Shown here: positions 10,831 through 22,722 of the stretch, piece after piece
Position numbering within the stretch: position 1 is the stretch's first letter
Layout: every line of letters begins with the position of its first letter
NCBI GenBank assembly: GCA_010093745.1
Contig: MU005964.1
Location: 186,001-250,000, forward strand
Length of the DNA stretch: 64,000 nucleotides
Reading direction: 5' to 3'
DNA from: Piedraia hortae CBS 480.64
Taxonomy: Eukaryota
Program-made: the position numbers and the translations under genes
Notes under the pieces: model-generated
Told to the model about the DNA's origin: nothing
The model's input: only the letters and a program-made list of their open reading frames with translations
Database searches by the model: none

Positions 10831-11901
10831 ATGGCATTGCATCGTGGCCTGCAATCGGCCATTTTCTACTATCTGTCTTGTGCCCCATGCGCCGAGGCGC
10901 GATATCGTCGCAAAAGGAAGGAGGAAGCGAAAATCGACCGCGCCAATAGAGAGCGACTCGAGGCCGAATACCCAGACTGTTATAGACATCCCAGTCCAAG
11001 CAGCACCAACCCTCACTGGGCATCTGAAATCGCGGCCGGTCCGACAGGGGTAACGAGGGGGAAGCGGAAGCCGCCTGGTTCCAACCGTAGAGAGGCGAGC
11101 AGCAACGAGAATCGTGCCTGGCCAGGCAATGGAGCAGCTGAGATCATAATGCCCGAGCGGGTGCGCACCCGAGACTCGTATAGACATCCTCCCATCAACG
11201 ATTGGCATCCGGCCACAGTCACAAAGGTGCATTCGAGAGAAGACGTCGCATGGCTTACAGAGCCCATGCCCACGGCAGATGTCATGAGTGGCAAGACGCC
11301 GCCTTCGACAAGAGCCCCAACCAGCGCAAGCAACCGGAGCAAGATGTCGACGGTACCGACATTGAGTCTGACCTTACCAACGATTAGCTTATCCCCATCT
11401 CCAGATTTGTCAACCGATGCCGGCCTCCAAGCTCCAAGGAGAAGTTTTGGGGAGGCCATGCAAGAGCGCAAAACACGACGTCAAGCACCAGATCCCGTGA
11501 AGCCTGTGCAGGATCCTTATACAAAGACATATGTTGCGACAAAATCACCGACCTTGTATGAAGACAGCGTGACTGGCATCAGCGCAAGTTCCTCGACCAA
11601 CAACTCCCTCAAAGAAGTGCGACAGATCGCGCGCAAGTCAACAGGCAACTTGAAAGACGACTTGGACCATCATCCCGGCGTGGCCATTGTCACGAGTCTC
11701 GTGTCTTGTCGTCGTGCTCTCATGACTCCTCGAACGCCCAAACGACCTAGTCCTAGTCCTCTTCCCAGAGACAGCGATGACGACACCGATTTCCTTTCGC
11801 TTGTCGACTCCTGGTATACACCCGATATAGACCTAGACGAGTGGGTTCATGAGTTTACCAAACGAGACGGCATCAGTCACCGATGGTCCATGGACATTTG
11901 A
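10831..11901 (+). CDS. Hypothetical fungal protein (356 aa)
   Basis: Long ORF with blocks that look conserved (QSAIFYYLSC, YRHPSPSSTNPHW, HPPINDWHP, RWSMDI) separated by S/P/T-rich linkers. Confidence 0.75.
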   Translation: MALHRGLQSAIFYYLSCAPCAEARYRRKRKEEAKIDRANRERLEAEYPDCYRHPSPSSTNPHWASEIAAGPTGVTRGKRKPPGSNRREASSNENRAWPGNGAAEIIMPERVRTRDSYRHPPINDWHPATVTKVHSREDVAWLTEPMPTADVMSGKTPPSTRAPTSASNRSKMSTVPTLSLTLPTISLSPSPDLSTDAGLQAPRRSFGEAMQERKTRRQAPDPVKPVQDPYTKTYVATKSPTLYEDSVTGISASSSTNNSLKEVRQIARKSTGNLKDDLDHHPGVAIVTSLVSCRRALMTPRTPKRPSPSPLPRDSDDDTDFLSLVDSWYTPDIDLDEWVHEFTKRDGISHRWSMDI

Positions 11902-12507
11902 ACCTGTTGTTCTTTTCTCTTCTTTTCTCTTCTTTTTTTTTCTCTTTTTTTTTTGCATTTGAGAAGTAGTTGAGCGGGTGTCGGGGGCGTTCTTTTTGAA
12001 TACATTCGTAGCCTGATTTGTATGGTGCAGCGACTATCGAATGAATGAAAAAAAAAAAAGTGATACATCCAAAAGACAGAAGGCTGGGACAGATTGTTTT
12101 CCCTTTTCTCCACAAAGCTTACCATGACAGAACGACCTCCATGTTGGAGCGGGCCGGACCTTTTTGAAGATCTCGACTCTTATGTACCCCTCAGGAGGCT
12201 GCTAAGCCATGCCTGTTGAGGCATTCCCTTGTCGTTGCAGAAAAGACAAAGGAAGTGTAGATGCCCTATGCAGTGAGCCCAAAACTCTTGGCACACAGCT
12301 GCCACCAATATATACAGCGCCACTCGGTAGTTGAACAAAGCCCAGGGTCTCGGTAGTGGTTACAGATGCTCGCTTCAGATTATGCTGTACCGGTGTTGCC
12401 TCGCTTATCTCCATCGCAGAGATGCAGCATCACGTGAGGCCCTTCCCCTTTGAGCCGACCCAAAAAAACTCTCGTCGCTCCCTTTCGAGTGAGATCGACG
12501 CGAGGCC

Positions 12508-13359
12508 ATGATGGCTACTCGTGCCGCCGCCACGACTATGGTTCGCTCCTTTAACCCTGTCAGATTTCCCCGCCATTTGTATTCTACCAAATCCATTTCT
12601 TCCCCTGGCAGAACCCGTCGCTTCATCGTCACTTCGTCCCTTGTTGCTGGTTGTTTCTTGGCTGGTTTCGCCATGGCCGCTTCCCCTGCAGCTCAAACCG
12701 TCGATAGCTTCATCCATCCTCCCAGCGATGCCGATACCCTAAAGCTCTACCATCCCGACACGGTCGATGCAGAAGAGATTGATACCAAGATCCGAACCCA
12801 TCCGCTGGCCGAGCAGCTGCGGGCAAAAGAGGGGATATCAGAATGGAGGCCACATTGTCGGATGCCTGTCTCCATGCGGTCTCATAACCTGACGGCCGGA
12901 ACGTTGGTGGGGCCGGAGAAGCTTGCAGTCCCGCCGTTGGCATTTTCAGATCGAAATTCAGCTCTGCCAAGCGTTGTGCAGATTGCATTCCTCGGACCTG
13001 CCCTGTGCGGCCACCCGGGGATTATCCATGGCGGTCTGCTGGCGACGATGCTGGACGAGGGCCTCGCTTGGGCCTGTTTCCCGGCTCTGCCTCACAAGGT
13101 CGGCGTCACGGCCAGCCTCAAGGTCGACTACCTGGCGCCTTGTCCGGCAAATAGCTACGTCGTGCTGCGGGCACGTACAACAAAGGTGGAAGGTCGCAAG
13201 GCGTGGGTTGAGGGGTGGATTGAGCTGCTTGGAGAGGGCACGGAGGAAGGAAAGAAATTGGTGCATGCAGAAGCCTTGTATATTGAACCTCGTGGCGCCC
13301 AACACATGGCACGCGTCTACGGCACACCGGCTGGGTCTCCCGTCCCTACCACTGCATAA
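12508..13359 (+). CDS. Hotdog-fold acyl-CoA thioesterase (THEM4/PaaI-like), probably mitochondrial
   Basis: CGHPGIIHGG...LDEG motif, GVTASLKVDY, VEGRKAWV, and an Arg/Ser-rich presequence. Confidence 0.9.
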   Translation: MMATRAAATTMVRSFNPVRFPRHLYSTKSISSPGRTRRFIVTSSLVAGCFLAGFAMAASPAAQTVDSFIHPPSDADTLKLYHPDTVDAEEIDTKIRTHPLAEQLRAKEGISEWRPHCRMPVSMRSHNLTAGTLVGPEKLAVPPLAFSDRNSALPSVVQIAFLGPALCGHPGIIHGGLLATMLDEGLAWACFPALPHKVGVTASLKVDYLAPCPANSYVVLRARTTKVEGRKAWVEGWIELLGEGTEEGKKLVHAEALYIEPRGAQHMARVYGTPAGSPVPTTA

Positions 13360-13369
13360 GTTATAGCTC

Positions 13370-13370
<1 letters not shown>

Positions 13371-13413
<43 letters not shown>
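13371..13413. repeat. Poly-C/poly-G homopolymer (43 nt)
   Basis: Uninterrupted C run between the convergent thioesterase and MMS2 stop codons. Confidence 0.95.
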
Positions 13414-13467
13414 TTCCCCACCCTCTTCCCCCAAACGCCTAGGCTATGCACTGTATTTGAAAACTCG

Positions 13468-13927
13468 TTAAAAGGTGGCGCCTTCGGGCGGCTGCGGCAG
13501 TTTCTTGTTGGCAGATGCGGCCATGAAGCGGCGTAGTTCGAGCAGGATCGTCTCCATTGTAAACTCGCGTCTCCAGCTGTGTATTCCCGGCAGTTTCGAG
13601 AGGTCCACCTGGACGGTCAGCTTGATTTTTGAAGCTGAGGGAATGGCCTACCTTGCCAGTGCGGGCATCAACGCAGGGAAGGTTGATCCTACTGGTAAAT
13701 GACACCTGGGGCGGCTTGTCAGGGTACTCTGGTCCGCAGTAGATGATAACCGAGTAGATGCGGTTCTCGTGCACGCTGTGTGGGGGACCCAGGACGGTGC
13801 CGGTCCAGTTACTCATCAGGAGGTCATCGCCCTCAGCCAGCCCGTAGGAACATGACTCTGCTCCCAGGCCCTTTTCGCCCTTCTCCAGCTCTTCCAGCAG
13901 ACGAAAGTTTCGCGGGACCTTTGCCAT
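13468..13927 (-). CDS. MMS2: Ubiquitin-conjugating enzyme variant (UEV)
   Basis: MAKVPRNFRLLEELEKGEKG start. Intron 13651-13609 (GTAGGC...CAG) gives the C-terminus TMETILLELRRFMA...KKLPQPPEGATF*. Confidence 0.95.
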
Positions 13928-14065
13928 TCTGTCGGTCGTTGCGGGTGTTGATGGGCGAGGATGACAAAGGCGGGGTCGGCCCGATGTGGGGTCTTTTTTA
14001 TCTGATGGGCAGATCTGATTGTGGCGTCAGCCGCACCGCGATGCGAACAATGAGGGAAGCGGAAA

Positions 14066-15211
14066 ATGTTTGACGCTCTACCCGGATCGGTACTGGTTGT
14101 CCATGTGCTGCCGTATCCGCTATCTACCAAAGAAGTCATCCGTGATCCACCCTCTCGACGTCACCTCTTCTTCGGTATGCTTGGCAATTCAGCTACAGTC
14201 ATACACTGACCAACTTCAGACGAAAAGATCGAAGTAACCGTCGTATGGAAGATATCCGCAAAGCAGGCCGACATCGAAACCCTCCTCCGATTTCTAGAAC
14301 TAACCCTCTCTGCGCACGCGACGGATGCCGCTCCTCAAGGCCCCTCATCCGCCGGCGCGGCCACCAACCACGACATCTTCGTCCAAACCCAACCCGCCCA
14401 CAAATCCACCGAAATCCTAACCCTCGACACCCACGTCTACACCCTCTGGCGAATCACAGTCCACCTCAAATGTCCCCTCGCCCGCCGACTTCTCCGACCG
14501 GCAATCTACTTCACAGCGACCCTAACCCCCTCCACCACCCACAAACCCTCCGTCTCCAAAGAACTAACTCCCTTCGAACCCCTCCCCGCCAACATCCTTG
14601 CACCCCTAAACCGAACCCTCGACTTCTCCAACGCACCCATCTACCTCGGCGAGGATAAACTCAACAAACTCAGCCCCCCCCAATCATCCACACATGGTAC
14701 CCCAATAAGAGGCGCAACCCGCCGCGCCTTCCCCGCTCTTCAGGCGCTGGGAACAACAATACGCTACGTCCCAACCTCCGAAAGATCCCTCCTCCTGCTC
14801 GCCCTGCGACTCGAAACTTCGCAGCATGTGGCCGGCACATTCACCCTGAAAAGGGTCGACGCCCGCGTCCCAGAAGCGCAGATTTACTCTCTCCAAGCTG
14901 CTGCCGCGGAGGCGGATCAGGCTGTTCGTGAGGGACGTGTCGCGGCCTCCTCGCCCGAGTCCCACCCTACCCTTGAACCGTTGAACGGCATCTCACTACC
15001 ATTGGCTTTGGCAGCGGGGGATGTGATCGTGTGGGTTTATGGGCTTGATGCTCACCCGTCGGGTGTACTGGTTGAGATGGAGGTGAGTATTGCGCTGGAG
15101 ACGGGGACGAAGGTGGAGATTCGAACGGAGGGGGTGCACGAGGGGTTTGCGAGCCTGGTGAAGGAGGGGGTTGGGTTGGGGATTGTGGAGGGGAGGGGGA
15201 GGGATTTTTGA
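14066..15211 (+). CDS. TRAPP II subunit Trs65-like protein (366 aa, possibly C-terminally truncated)
   Basis: Exon 14066-14174, intron 14175-14219 (GTATGC...CAG), then an open frame to 15211. Motifs RRHLFFDE, RPAIYFTA and FEPLPANIL resemble the Pezizomycotina Trs65 N-terminus from memory. Confidence 0.6.
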
Positions 15212-15768
15212 GGTGAGGGAGGGGGTTGAGGTTGGAATACTCGAGTGGGGGAGGGGGTGGGCATAGCAAATGGGAGTTGTGGGTTTACCTTCGTGATGGA
15301 AGTATTATAAGAGGGTGGGGTAAGTTTGGTTTGTGAGGGCTTGTTTGTAGTTCCCAGGCGAGTTGGAATTTCGGGAGAGTGTAGTTTTTGATGCGGTTGG
15401 GCTGGGATAGCTATGGGGGGGTGGGAGACTGGCATGTGTAGGGAATGAGGGTGTCGTCCTCCCGGGTGGGGTGGTCGGTTGGTATTCTGATATTTCTGGG
15501 GCGGTAGCATGGGACCTCAAGATCCTTGAATTCTGCGAGATATTGTGCGAGTGAGATTTAGATGTGGTCAGCACGGTGTAACGGAGCGACAACTTTTGCG
15601 AGAGGTGGGTTTACTTTGCCTACACTTATGGAGACATCTATCCCATCCCACGGCAGCCCAATTCCTATCAAATTCCCCTTCAAAATAGTCGATCTTCCAG
15701 TTACCTGATCGTCTGAAACATTACCCATATAACCCTCCATCCATCACCAACCCTGGCACATCACCCGC

Positions 15769-16040
15769 CTAATTTTGTGAAATATACTTCCCAACATCAT
15801 CCCCCTCACCAGCAACACCACCAGAATATTCAAACTGGACATTAGCCTCCTCGAGTTCTAGACCTGCACAGCGCGCCATTGTCTTTGCGTCGTTTACGGA
15901 GTTTAGAGCTGGCGGGGGAACGAATTCCTAGCCAGTTAGCGTATGCGGAAGAAGGAGAAGAGGTTACATGCAAGTGAAGGTTGCTGAGCCTTGACGTTGT
16001 TGGTTTGTTTGGGGGGTTGGGTGGAAGGGTTGGTTGGCAT
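15769..16040 (-). CDS. Orphan micro-gene copy A (~75 aa), possibly a pseudogene
   Basis: ATG CCA ACC AAC (MPTNP). A 44-nt GCATGT...GCTAAC...TAG intron restores EFVPPPALNSVNDAKTMARCAGLELEEANVQ...KYISQN*. Homologous to copy B. Confidence 0.5.
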
Positions 16041-16406
16041 GTTGACTGTTGCTACCTTCTGTTGACTGTTGATGACTTTTGCTGAGTTGCGTCGTGTTTT
16101 GTTGTGGAAATTTTGAGGTTTGTGGTGTGTTGAGGATCTTTTGCGGAGAGAAATTCAGGTGTAGGTAGATGTGGGTCCGGAGAGGCTTGGCAGGACAAGA
16201 CTGCTATACCACCTTGGAATTTTCGAGTGAGAGTAGGTGTACCTTTTTATTTATACCATTAAAATGATCAGATAATGGCAGACGTACTACTATCAAACAA
16301 CCCCCTCCCCCCCCTCCAATCAAGATCATCAAGATCCCCATTTTCCCGACCCAATCCTCGAAATATCATCCTCAATTCCACGCCTCGATTCACTTAACTG
16401 CAACGC

Positions 16407-16663
16407 TTAGGACAGATACTTCTTGATGTCATCCCCATCCGGTTTGGCAACAGGAATAGAGAAGCTGGGCTGGACATTGACCTTTTCGATTGCTAGATCT
16501 GCGCAGCACGCCATTGCTTTGACATCATTTGCTGAGCTTAGGGCTGGTGATGGGACAAATTCCTAAGTGGTTGGTTATCCTGGGGAAGGGGAAAAGACGG
16601 GGTGCATAGGAAAGATGTAGTTTCGTCCTCTTGAACAGCGGGGGTGGGAGGGTTGGTTGGCAT
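16407..16663 (-). pseudogene. Orphan micro-gene copy B (~69 aa) with a mutated splice donor
   Basis: MPTNPPT start. The 47-nt intron-equivalent begins CTATGC, not GT. Second exon reads EFVPSPALSSANDVKAMACCADLAIEKVNVQ...KYLS*. Confidence 0.5.
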
Positions 16664-17792
16664 GTTGACATTTGTTGGTATCGTGTGTTGTGTGTTGTGG
16701 GAATTTTTGAGGTTTGTGGTGCGTTGAGGAAGTTTTGTGAAGGGGTGAATTTAAGTGTGGCTAGATGTGGGTCCGGGAAGGCTTGGCAGATCGACACAGT
16801 CATACCATTATGGGAAATTTTCAAGCAAAGTGAAATTTTTACATATATCATATCTCCAAGCTTACTGGGGGATGTGCTGGCCCTATCTGCTGATCGACCA
16901 CTACGAAGTATTCCCCAATTGTCAGCGAAGAAAAAAAAAATCCATGACCGCTCGCGATTGGGAAGGGAAATTTGATCATTTAGTTGATGACAAACCGCCT
17001 GTTCGTCAAGTATCGGTCTAGCAGTTTTGCTGACACGCCCTTGATTGGAAATTTGCCATTGAGGAAGGGAAATTGATAACTGTAACAATTTTATCTCTAG
17101 CCCACACAACACTGGACGTTTGGAAAGGCTTCTCTCTTTGGTTTCGTCCGACACGCCGGAGTGTGATACTGATATAGAAGAAAATTCCAAACTCTGCTAG
17201 CCCGACAATATTTGACCTCCTTCCATTCCATACCCGAATCGGAGAAGACATAGGTATACATGCGCCTAATGCCATTAAAAAGTCGGCCAGACTTCTTTTT
17301 CGTCCATTCTATATAGGTATCTATGGCTGTTGTAAAACTCTTTGGACGAAAAGAAGAGGACTCGAGTATGGGAAGGGATAATGCTATTCCCCATCATATT
17401 GTGCTTTATCCTCACATTCTGCTACATGGTCTATGGCCCTTGATTTCGTTTGGGCGTCAATATGCAATGTTTTTGCTGCCATTTCCCCCGCGAGTATATG
17501 GCTGAAAAGATATTATACTCACCACAGCCGAGGGGATGAGCTAGATACAGTCAAATCAGGATGTATCGGGCACTCAACAAGTCCACCTTTTTAGCGGACT
17601 GTTAGCATCCCAAATTTAGCATCTGCACACCCGTAGGTAGCTGGACACGGCATATTTTCGATGTACTGGACCAGCTTTTCTTCCTGACTCGAGACGAACG
17701 ATGACTTTGATAGCATGAACACGTGCACGAGAAAAAGGACGAAGAAAAAAAAAGAAGGGTATACTCGAGTATATACAACACATTCAAACACA

Positions 17793-20160
17793 TCAACCAT
17801 CCCTCCTTGGTGCCAAAGTCTCAGGCTGAAGAAACGATCTGGCCTGGGATATTCTAGATTGAATATCTTCAATGCCATCTGTCTCGAGGTTCTGCATGAG
17901 CTCGACCTGCTGCGACTCGTCGATGCCTTCGCCGTAGACCTCAAAGAACGCCATCGGCCACGGGCCGTCTGAAGGTGCGTATGACGAGTACGACGTTGGC
18001 TGCTGTGTTTGCCACATGGGCTCGCCGGCTGTGAGGTTTGTTGATGGATCCACCGAGGGATATGAAGTATACATTGTTTGCCAGTCTGGTAAGGGGTTCA
18101 AATAGCCGTGCGGGTCAAAGGGCATGTTGTCGAGGCTGTGGAGCGAATCTTGAGGGGAGGCTGACGTGAGAGAGGCCATGCCGCCGCTCACGTTGGCGAG
18201 ACCGTCCGTTATCCCAGATAGATTAGCCATTGTGTCCATGCTGTGGTGTTCGGGCGCTGGATTGGATCCAGAAGCCAATGCTGCCGCGTTATTCACTGGG
18301 CTTGTTGTGTGAGACCGTCCTCCCGAACCGGTGTCAGAAGGCGTGCTGGTGAATGGAACGTCGCCTTCGCGGTCATACACCTTCAAGATGGCAGAAATGA
18401 GGTTTTCGTACAATTTCACGGCAGACTCGACCCCCGGCCAGCGGAGGGAAGCGAATTGGATGGTGGAAATAGCTACTTTAAGATGCTCCTCCACTGATGG
18501 GCGTGGATTTTTCCTTCGGACCTCGTCATAGCTCAAAGACCACAACATGGTGTTGATGGCCATAAAGATGGCTTGCGTGAAGATCCAAGTTACGTCGATG
18601 ACACCGGACTCCATCTGCTTCTGCTGCAGGTATATATTGTGGCGGCAGGCTTCAAAGCATTTCAAGGCCGCCTCGACTGACGGACGAGGCACCTGAGGCG
18701 ATGGCCGGTACAACAGCACGACTATGGTATTGTACCGTCCAATGAACCACGACTTAGGTATGCCTTGGTCCGCCGAAGAGTCAGGAGTGTCATCCCGCCA
18801 CAGAATCAGCTTTTGTTCCATGGCATGAAACCAAGGATCCTGATCATCTTTAGGCTCTGGACGCTTACGTTGATATAGCTTCCTACGAATCTCCAGCTGC
18901 AACAGACGCATCTTGAAAAAGTGAATAGCCACCCACTTCTTCAAAGTCGGCGGCGCCGTAGGGTCGATGCCCTCTGGTCGGATGTACTCGTCATCACACG
19001 TGGCGAACCAGTCAACATTGATGTGCTCGTGGCTGGTGGCGAGGATTGACGGTCGACCGAGCGAGTGAGCCAGCCCCAGCTCCATTACGAGCGTGCACCA
19101 AAAGAGGCGACGGCGCATATCGACTTCTCTCGCATTCGTGCGACCCTCGGCCAGACCCCGAGTGATGGTAGCCTCCTCATGGTAACCGAGGGACTGCGAG
19201 AGGCGGACGGCAATGCCGACTACAAAGTAAATGGCCGTTCGCGTCGGCGTCAACAGGGAATACTCTGCCATAAGTACAAAACATTGCAGCGTCTGCAGAT
19301 CCATTGACCGCACCACAGGCTTAAGATAGGTCAAGGCAGCCAGATAGTAGCTGTCAGCCAGTCCGGCCCATTGAGAGCCAATCTTCTGCATGCTGATGGC
19401 AAACACCATGCGACAGACAAAGTTCTGAAAGGGAGTGGCTTCGACATTGAAGTCATACACGGCATCAATGTCGCTGTCCAGTGTAGGCTCGTGCAGGGCC
19501 GGATACATGGGCTGCACCCGGAGCTTGTACAGCTCGACCAGGAAATTAGCCAACGACCGCGTTGGCATCTGCTCGGCGGCCACGTTGCTATTGAGCATGT
19601 TGACCTTGGATAACGGCTTAGCATGTTCCTGATTGAAGGCCTCCCTGATCTGATGCGCACGCTGATCGGGCACAATGTCCCTAATGCTGGCCGCGCCCGT
19701 GAATTGCTTCGCGGCCGCCATGACTAGCCGCGTGATGGCAATGCCACTTGACGGACCCAGGTATTTGGAGTCTTTGGCCTCATGAAGGCGCACGGTGGCT
19801 GCACTCATCATGGCCTCTTCGTCCTCGCCCTCATCGACATCTGCACGCTGTAGTTCCTCTTCAAGCTTGCGCACCTTCTTTTGGAGGTCGACGACATAGG
19901 CACGATTGATAATCTTGCCCGTGTTCGCGTCAAAGTACTCGCACGTCGAGCCTGCCCGCTTGCATGGGTTGCAGCGGGGGAGGTCGGCGTCACATCTCGT
20001 TTTGCGCTGCCACGGACAATGAGCGAGAGAATGCGTCGGAGGGGGGGGGGTGGGGGGTTACTACCTTTCGACAACGCTTGCAAGCTGCGAGGGTGAAGGC
20101 GACCGACGTGCGCGTCTTGTCTGGTTCCGAGCTTAAGTGAAACGGCGCCGAAGGAGTCAT
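17793..20160 (-). CDS. Zn(II)2Cys6 fungal transcription factor
   Basis: ATG 20160. ACKRCRK|RKTRCDADLPRCNPCKRAGSTC across intron 20064-20007. Middle homology region LGYHEE...RRRLFWC. Confidence 0.92.
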
Positions 20161-20750
20161 GGTCGGGCGGGGGCGTTCGAGCGAACTTGGATGGTGGGGC
20201 TGAACGGCTGGTCAAGGCATTAGTGGGGTAGCATCTAGGCATTTTCGGCCTAGCGTCGGGTGCCCGAGAGCATATCTACTCTAATTGGATCGCAGATGAA
20301 CGTCTACCGCCTGCACCGGTCTAGTAGGTTGGTTTGGCTACCGCGTGGACCCGAGTTTTGAAGACATTTGACATGATCGGCAAGCGTCAAACACGCGGTC
20401 CTCACCAAAAGTCTAGCCCGCTCAATTAATATCGGTTCATCACCAGGTGCAAGGACGGGTGACAGTTGTGCGTTCCCGATATGGCATGTGCATCGATTGC
20501 GGAAAAGCACCTTGGGTTGTGCAGTTCATGTCATCTAATGCTTCGTGCCACAGATTTAAATGACGTACAAGCGCCAGCGCGTGGACGCGAGAGTGGCGGC
20601 TAATTCCCCCGCATCCCAGTCGTCCCGACATTCCGGCTCCGCCAAAACATGACCCCATTAATTGTCCCATGACGAATCCTTGGTTCTCTGTAGGCACTGG
20701 GCCTCTGCTGCTCGACCGCGTTGACCTCTTCTATCTGACGTAGCCTTGAC

Positions 20751-22601
20751 ATGGCCGGCTCGCCCGTCCCTCTTCACTCTGTTCAGCTAAAAGTATCCCG
20801 CCCCGTGGCAGCCTGTACGCGTTGTCGTAATGCCAAAATCAAGTGTGATGGCAAGCTACCAGTATTGCTTCCCCTATGCTCGCCACTGCAGATTACTGAC
20901 TTGTAGGTATGTTCGTCGTGCGAAAAGAACGGCAGAGCAGCCGAGTGCATAAGCCCTAACGACCTTTACCCGCGAGGGAAGGAGCGTAGTTATGTTGCTA
21001 CGCTTGAGTCTCGCCTCAAATTTTTGGAAGCGAAATTAGCAGAAATCCGTAAAACCAAGGCTGACCATGTTGCCACCGAGGAAAAGAAGACGGGCACGCA
21101 GCTGACTCGAGCGCAAAAGCTCAAAGAAGCTACCATAATCGACGACCTTGTCTCCGACTTTGGCTTTTTATCTGTTAATGCCACGAGTCGAGATTTCTAT
21201 GGCTTCACTTCGGCCATGTCGTATGACCGCCTGATTCTCTGGTCCTGTAGCAGGGAGCCCTTGCCCTCCTCTCGGCCGGTCGAGTTGCCTCCGCGACATG
21301 AGGCCACGGTGCTACTCAACCATTATTTTAAAATCGTCTTTTCTCTATTACCCGTATTGGATGAAACTGCATTTTATCGCTCGGTCGACAACCTTTACGG
21401 AGGCCGTCATGCCGAACCAAATGATCACTGGGTCGTGCGAATGGCTCTGGCTATATCCTGTGCCTCCAAGTCAACGCACAAAGGCGACTGCTACCATAGA
21501 CAAGGTCTCGGTCACGTTTGTGAGGCTCTCAAATATGCTAGAGAGGTCCTACATCCAGGATCCATCTCCAGCGTACAGGCGTTGGTATTGCTTGCAGAGT
21601 ACTCTGCGCTGGAAACAAGCTACTTTGACACTTGGGAACTTGTCGGTGCTGCATCGCGGGCCATGATAGATCTGGGACTGCACCAAGACCCTCCAACTCG
21701 GGCAATATCAAAATATGAGCTCGAGCTGCGAAGGCGTGTTTTCTACTGCGTCTACTCCCTGGACAGAGCAACGTCGATTGTACAGGCACGAGCCTTTTCG
21801 TTTTCGGATGACAGCACGAAGGTCAAAGTGCCCTATATCCAACGTGAGGGTGTGCAACAAGCAGTACAGCTCTCATCTCGTGGACAATTCCACGGGTCGG
21901 CCTTGAATCTCATACGGATGCGTCAGATCCAGTCAAAGTGGTATACTGACCTGTATCAATCAGGCCGTCGACCGTGGGACGACGGATATGGCTACATTTG
22001 GATACAATGTGACACGATGGCGCAGTGGTTCAACAACTTAGAAAGCACAACGTCACCGACTCTACGCAACTACTTTGAACTGGATCTGCTGCAGTCATAT
22101 GTCTATGTTCTCTCACCTTCGCCAAGGGTGCCGGTGATGCAGCCATTCGCAGCAAAACTCATCTTTGAGTACGTCATTCGCTACGCCAGTATCATGCATA
22201 GCCTCATTTGCGTCTCGCGAACGGATGGACAGACTGAGCTACCGTTCCTGACGTTTCACGATGCGATGCGGGTCAACATGATGGCTCAGAGGTTCCTAGA
22301 CGTTCTACGAAGAGACACTGAAAGTTTGCTGAGTGGATACATACCGCCACCGCCAGCCGTAGACGAGAATCAAACCAACCCGCCGACTATCCCTACCGTG
22401 GCTTACCCGCGTGGCGAGAGGCCGGCCAAGTTCAACGCTTCGCGGAGCGTCAATTGTATTAAGCAGCTGACCGAATGCCTAAAACGCTTCGGTGCGAGAT
22501 GGGCACAACCGCTGCAGGAGCGGTTCGAGAAAGAATCAGCCCCACTGCTGAACGAGCTGGAGCAGCAGGCATATAGCTACTACCCGTTTACGTTTCAATG
22601 A
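20751..22601 (+). CDS. Zn(II)2Cys6 fungal transcription factor
   Basis: KVSRPVAACTRCRNAKIKCDGKLP|VCSSCEKNGRAAEC across intron 20862-20906. DLGLHQD...RRRVFYCVYSLDR. Confidence 0.92.
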
Positions 22602-22722
22602 AATCGAGTTTACAAGTGTGGTCATGAAAATGTCTGCATAACTATGAACGTACAGCAACCTTGGAAGGTAAGTTCATCAGCGCTAGAACGCTCTACAATG
22701 CAAAATACACCACTCCGAAAGC

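Noticed and set aside
8278..13359. Possible secondary-metabolite cluster (P450, thioesterase, MFS, Zn2Cys6 factors)
   Set aside because: No PKS, NRPS or terpene synthase backbone gene, and the genes are interspersed with housekeeping genes.
16860..17550. AT-richer stretch with a faint F-box-like fragment (..PVRQVSV*QF..)
   Set aside because: Multiple stops and too little similarity to support a call without a search.
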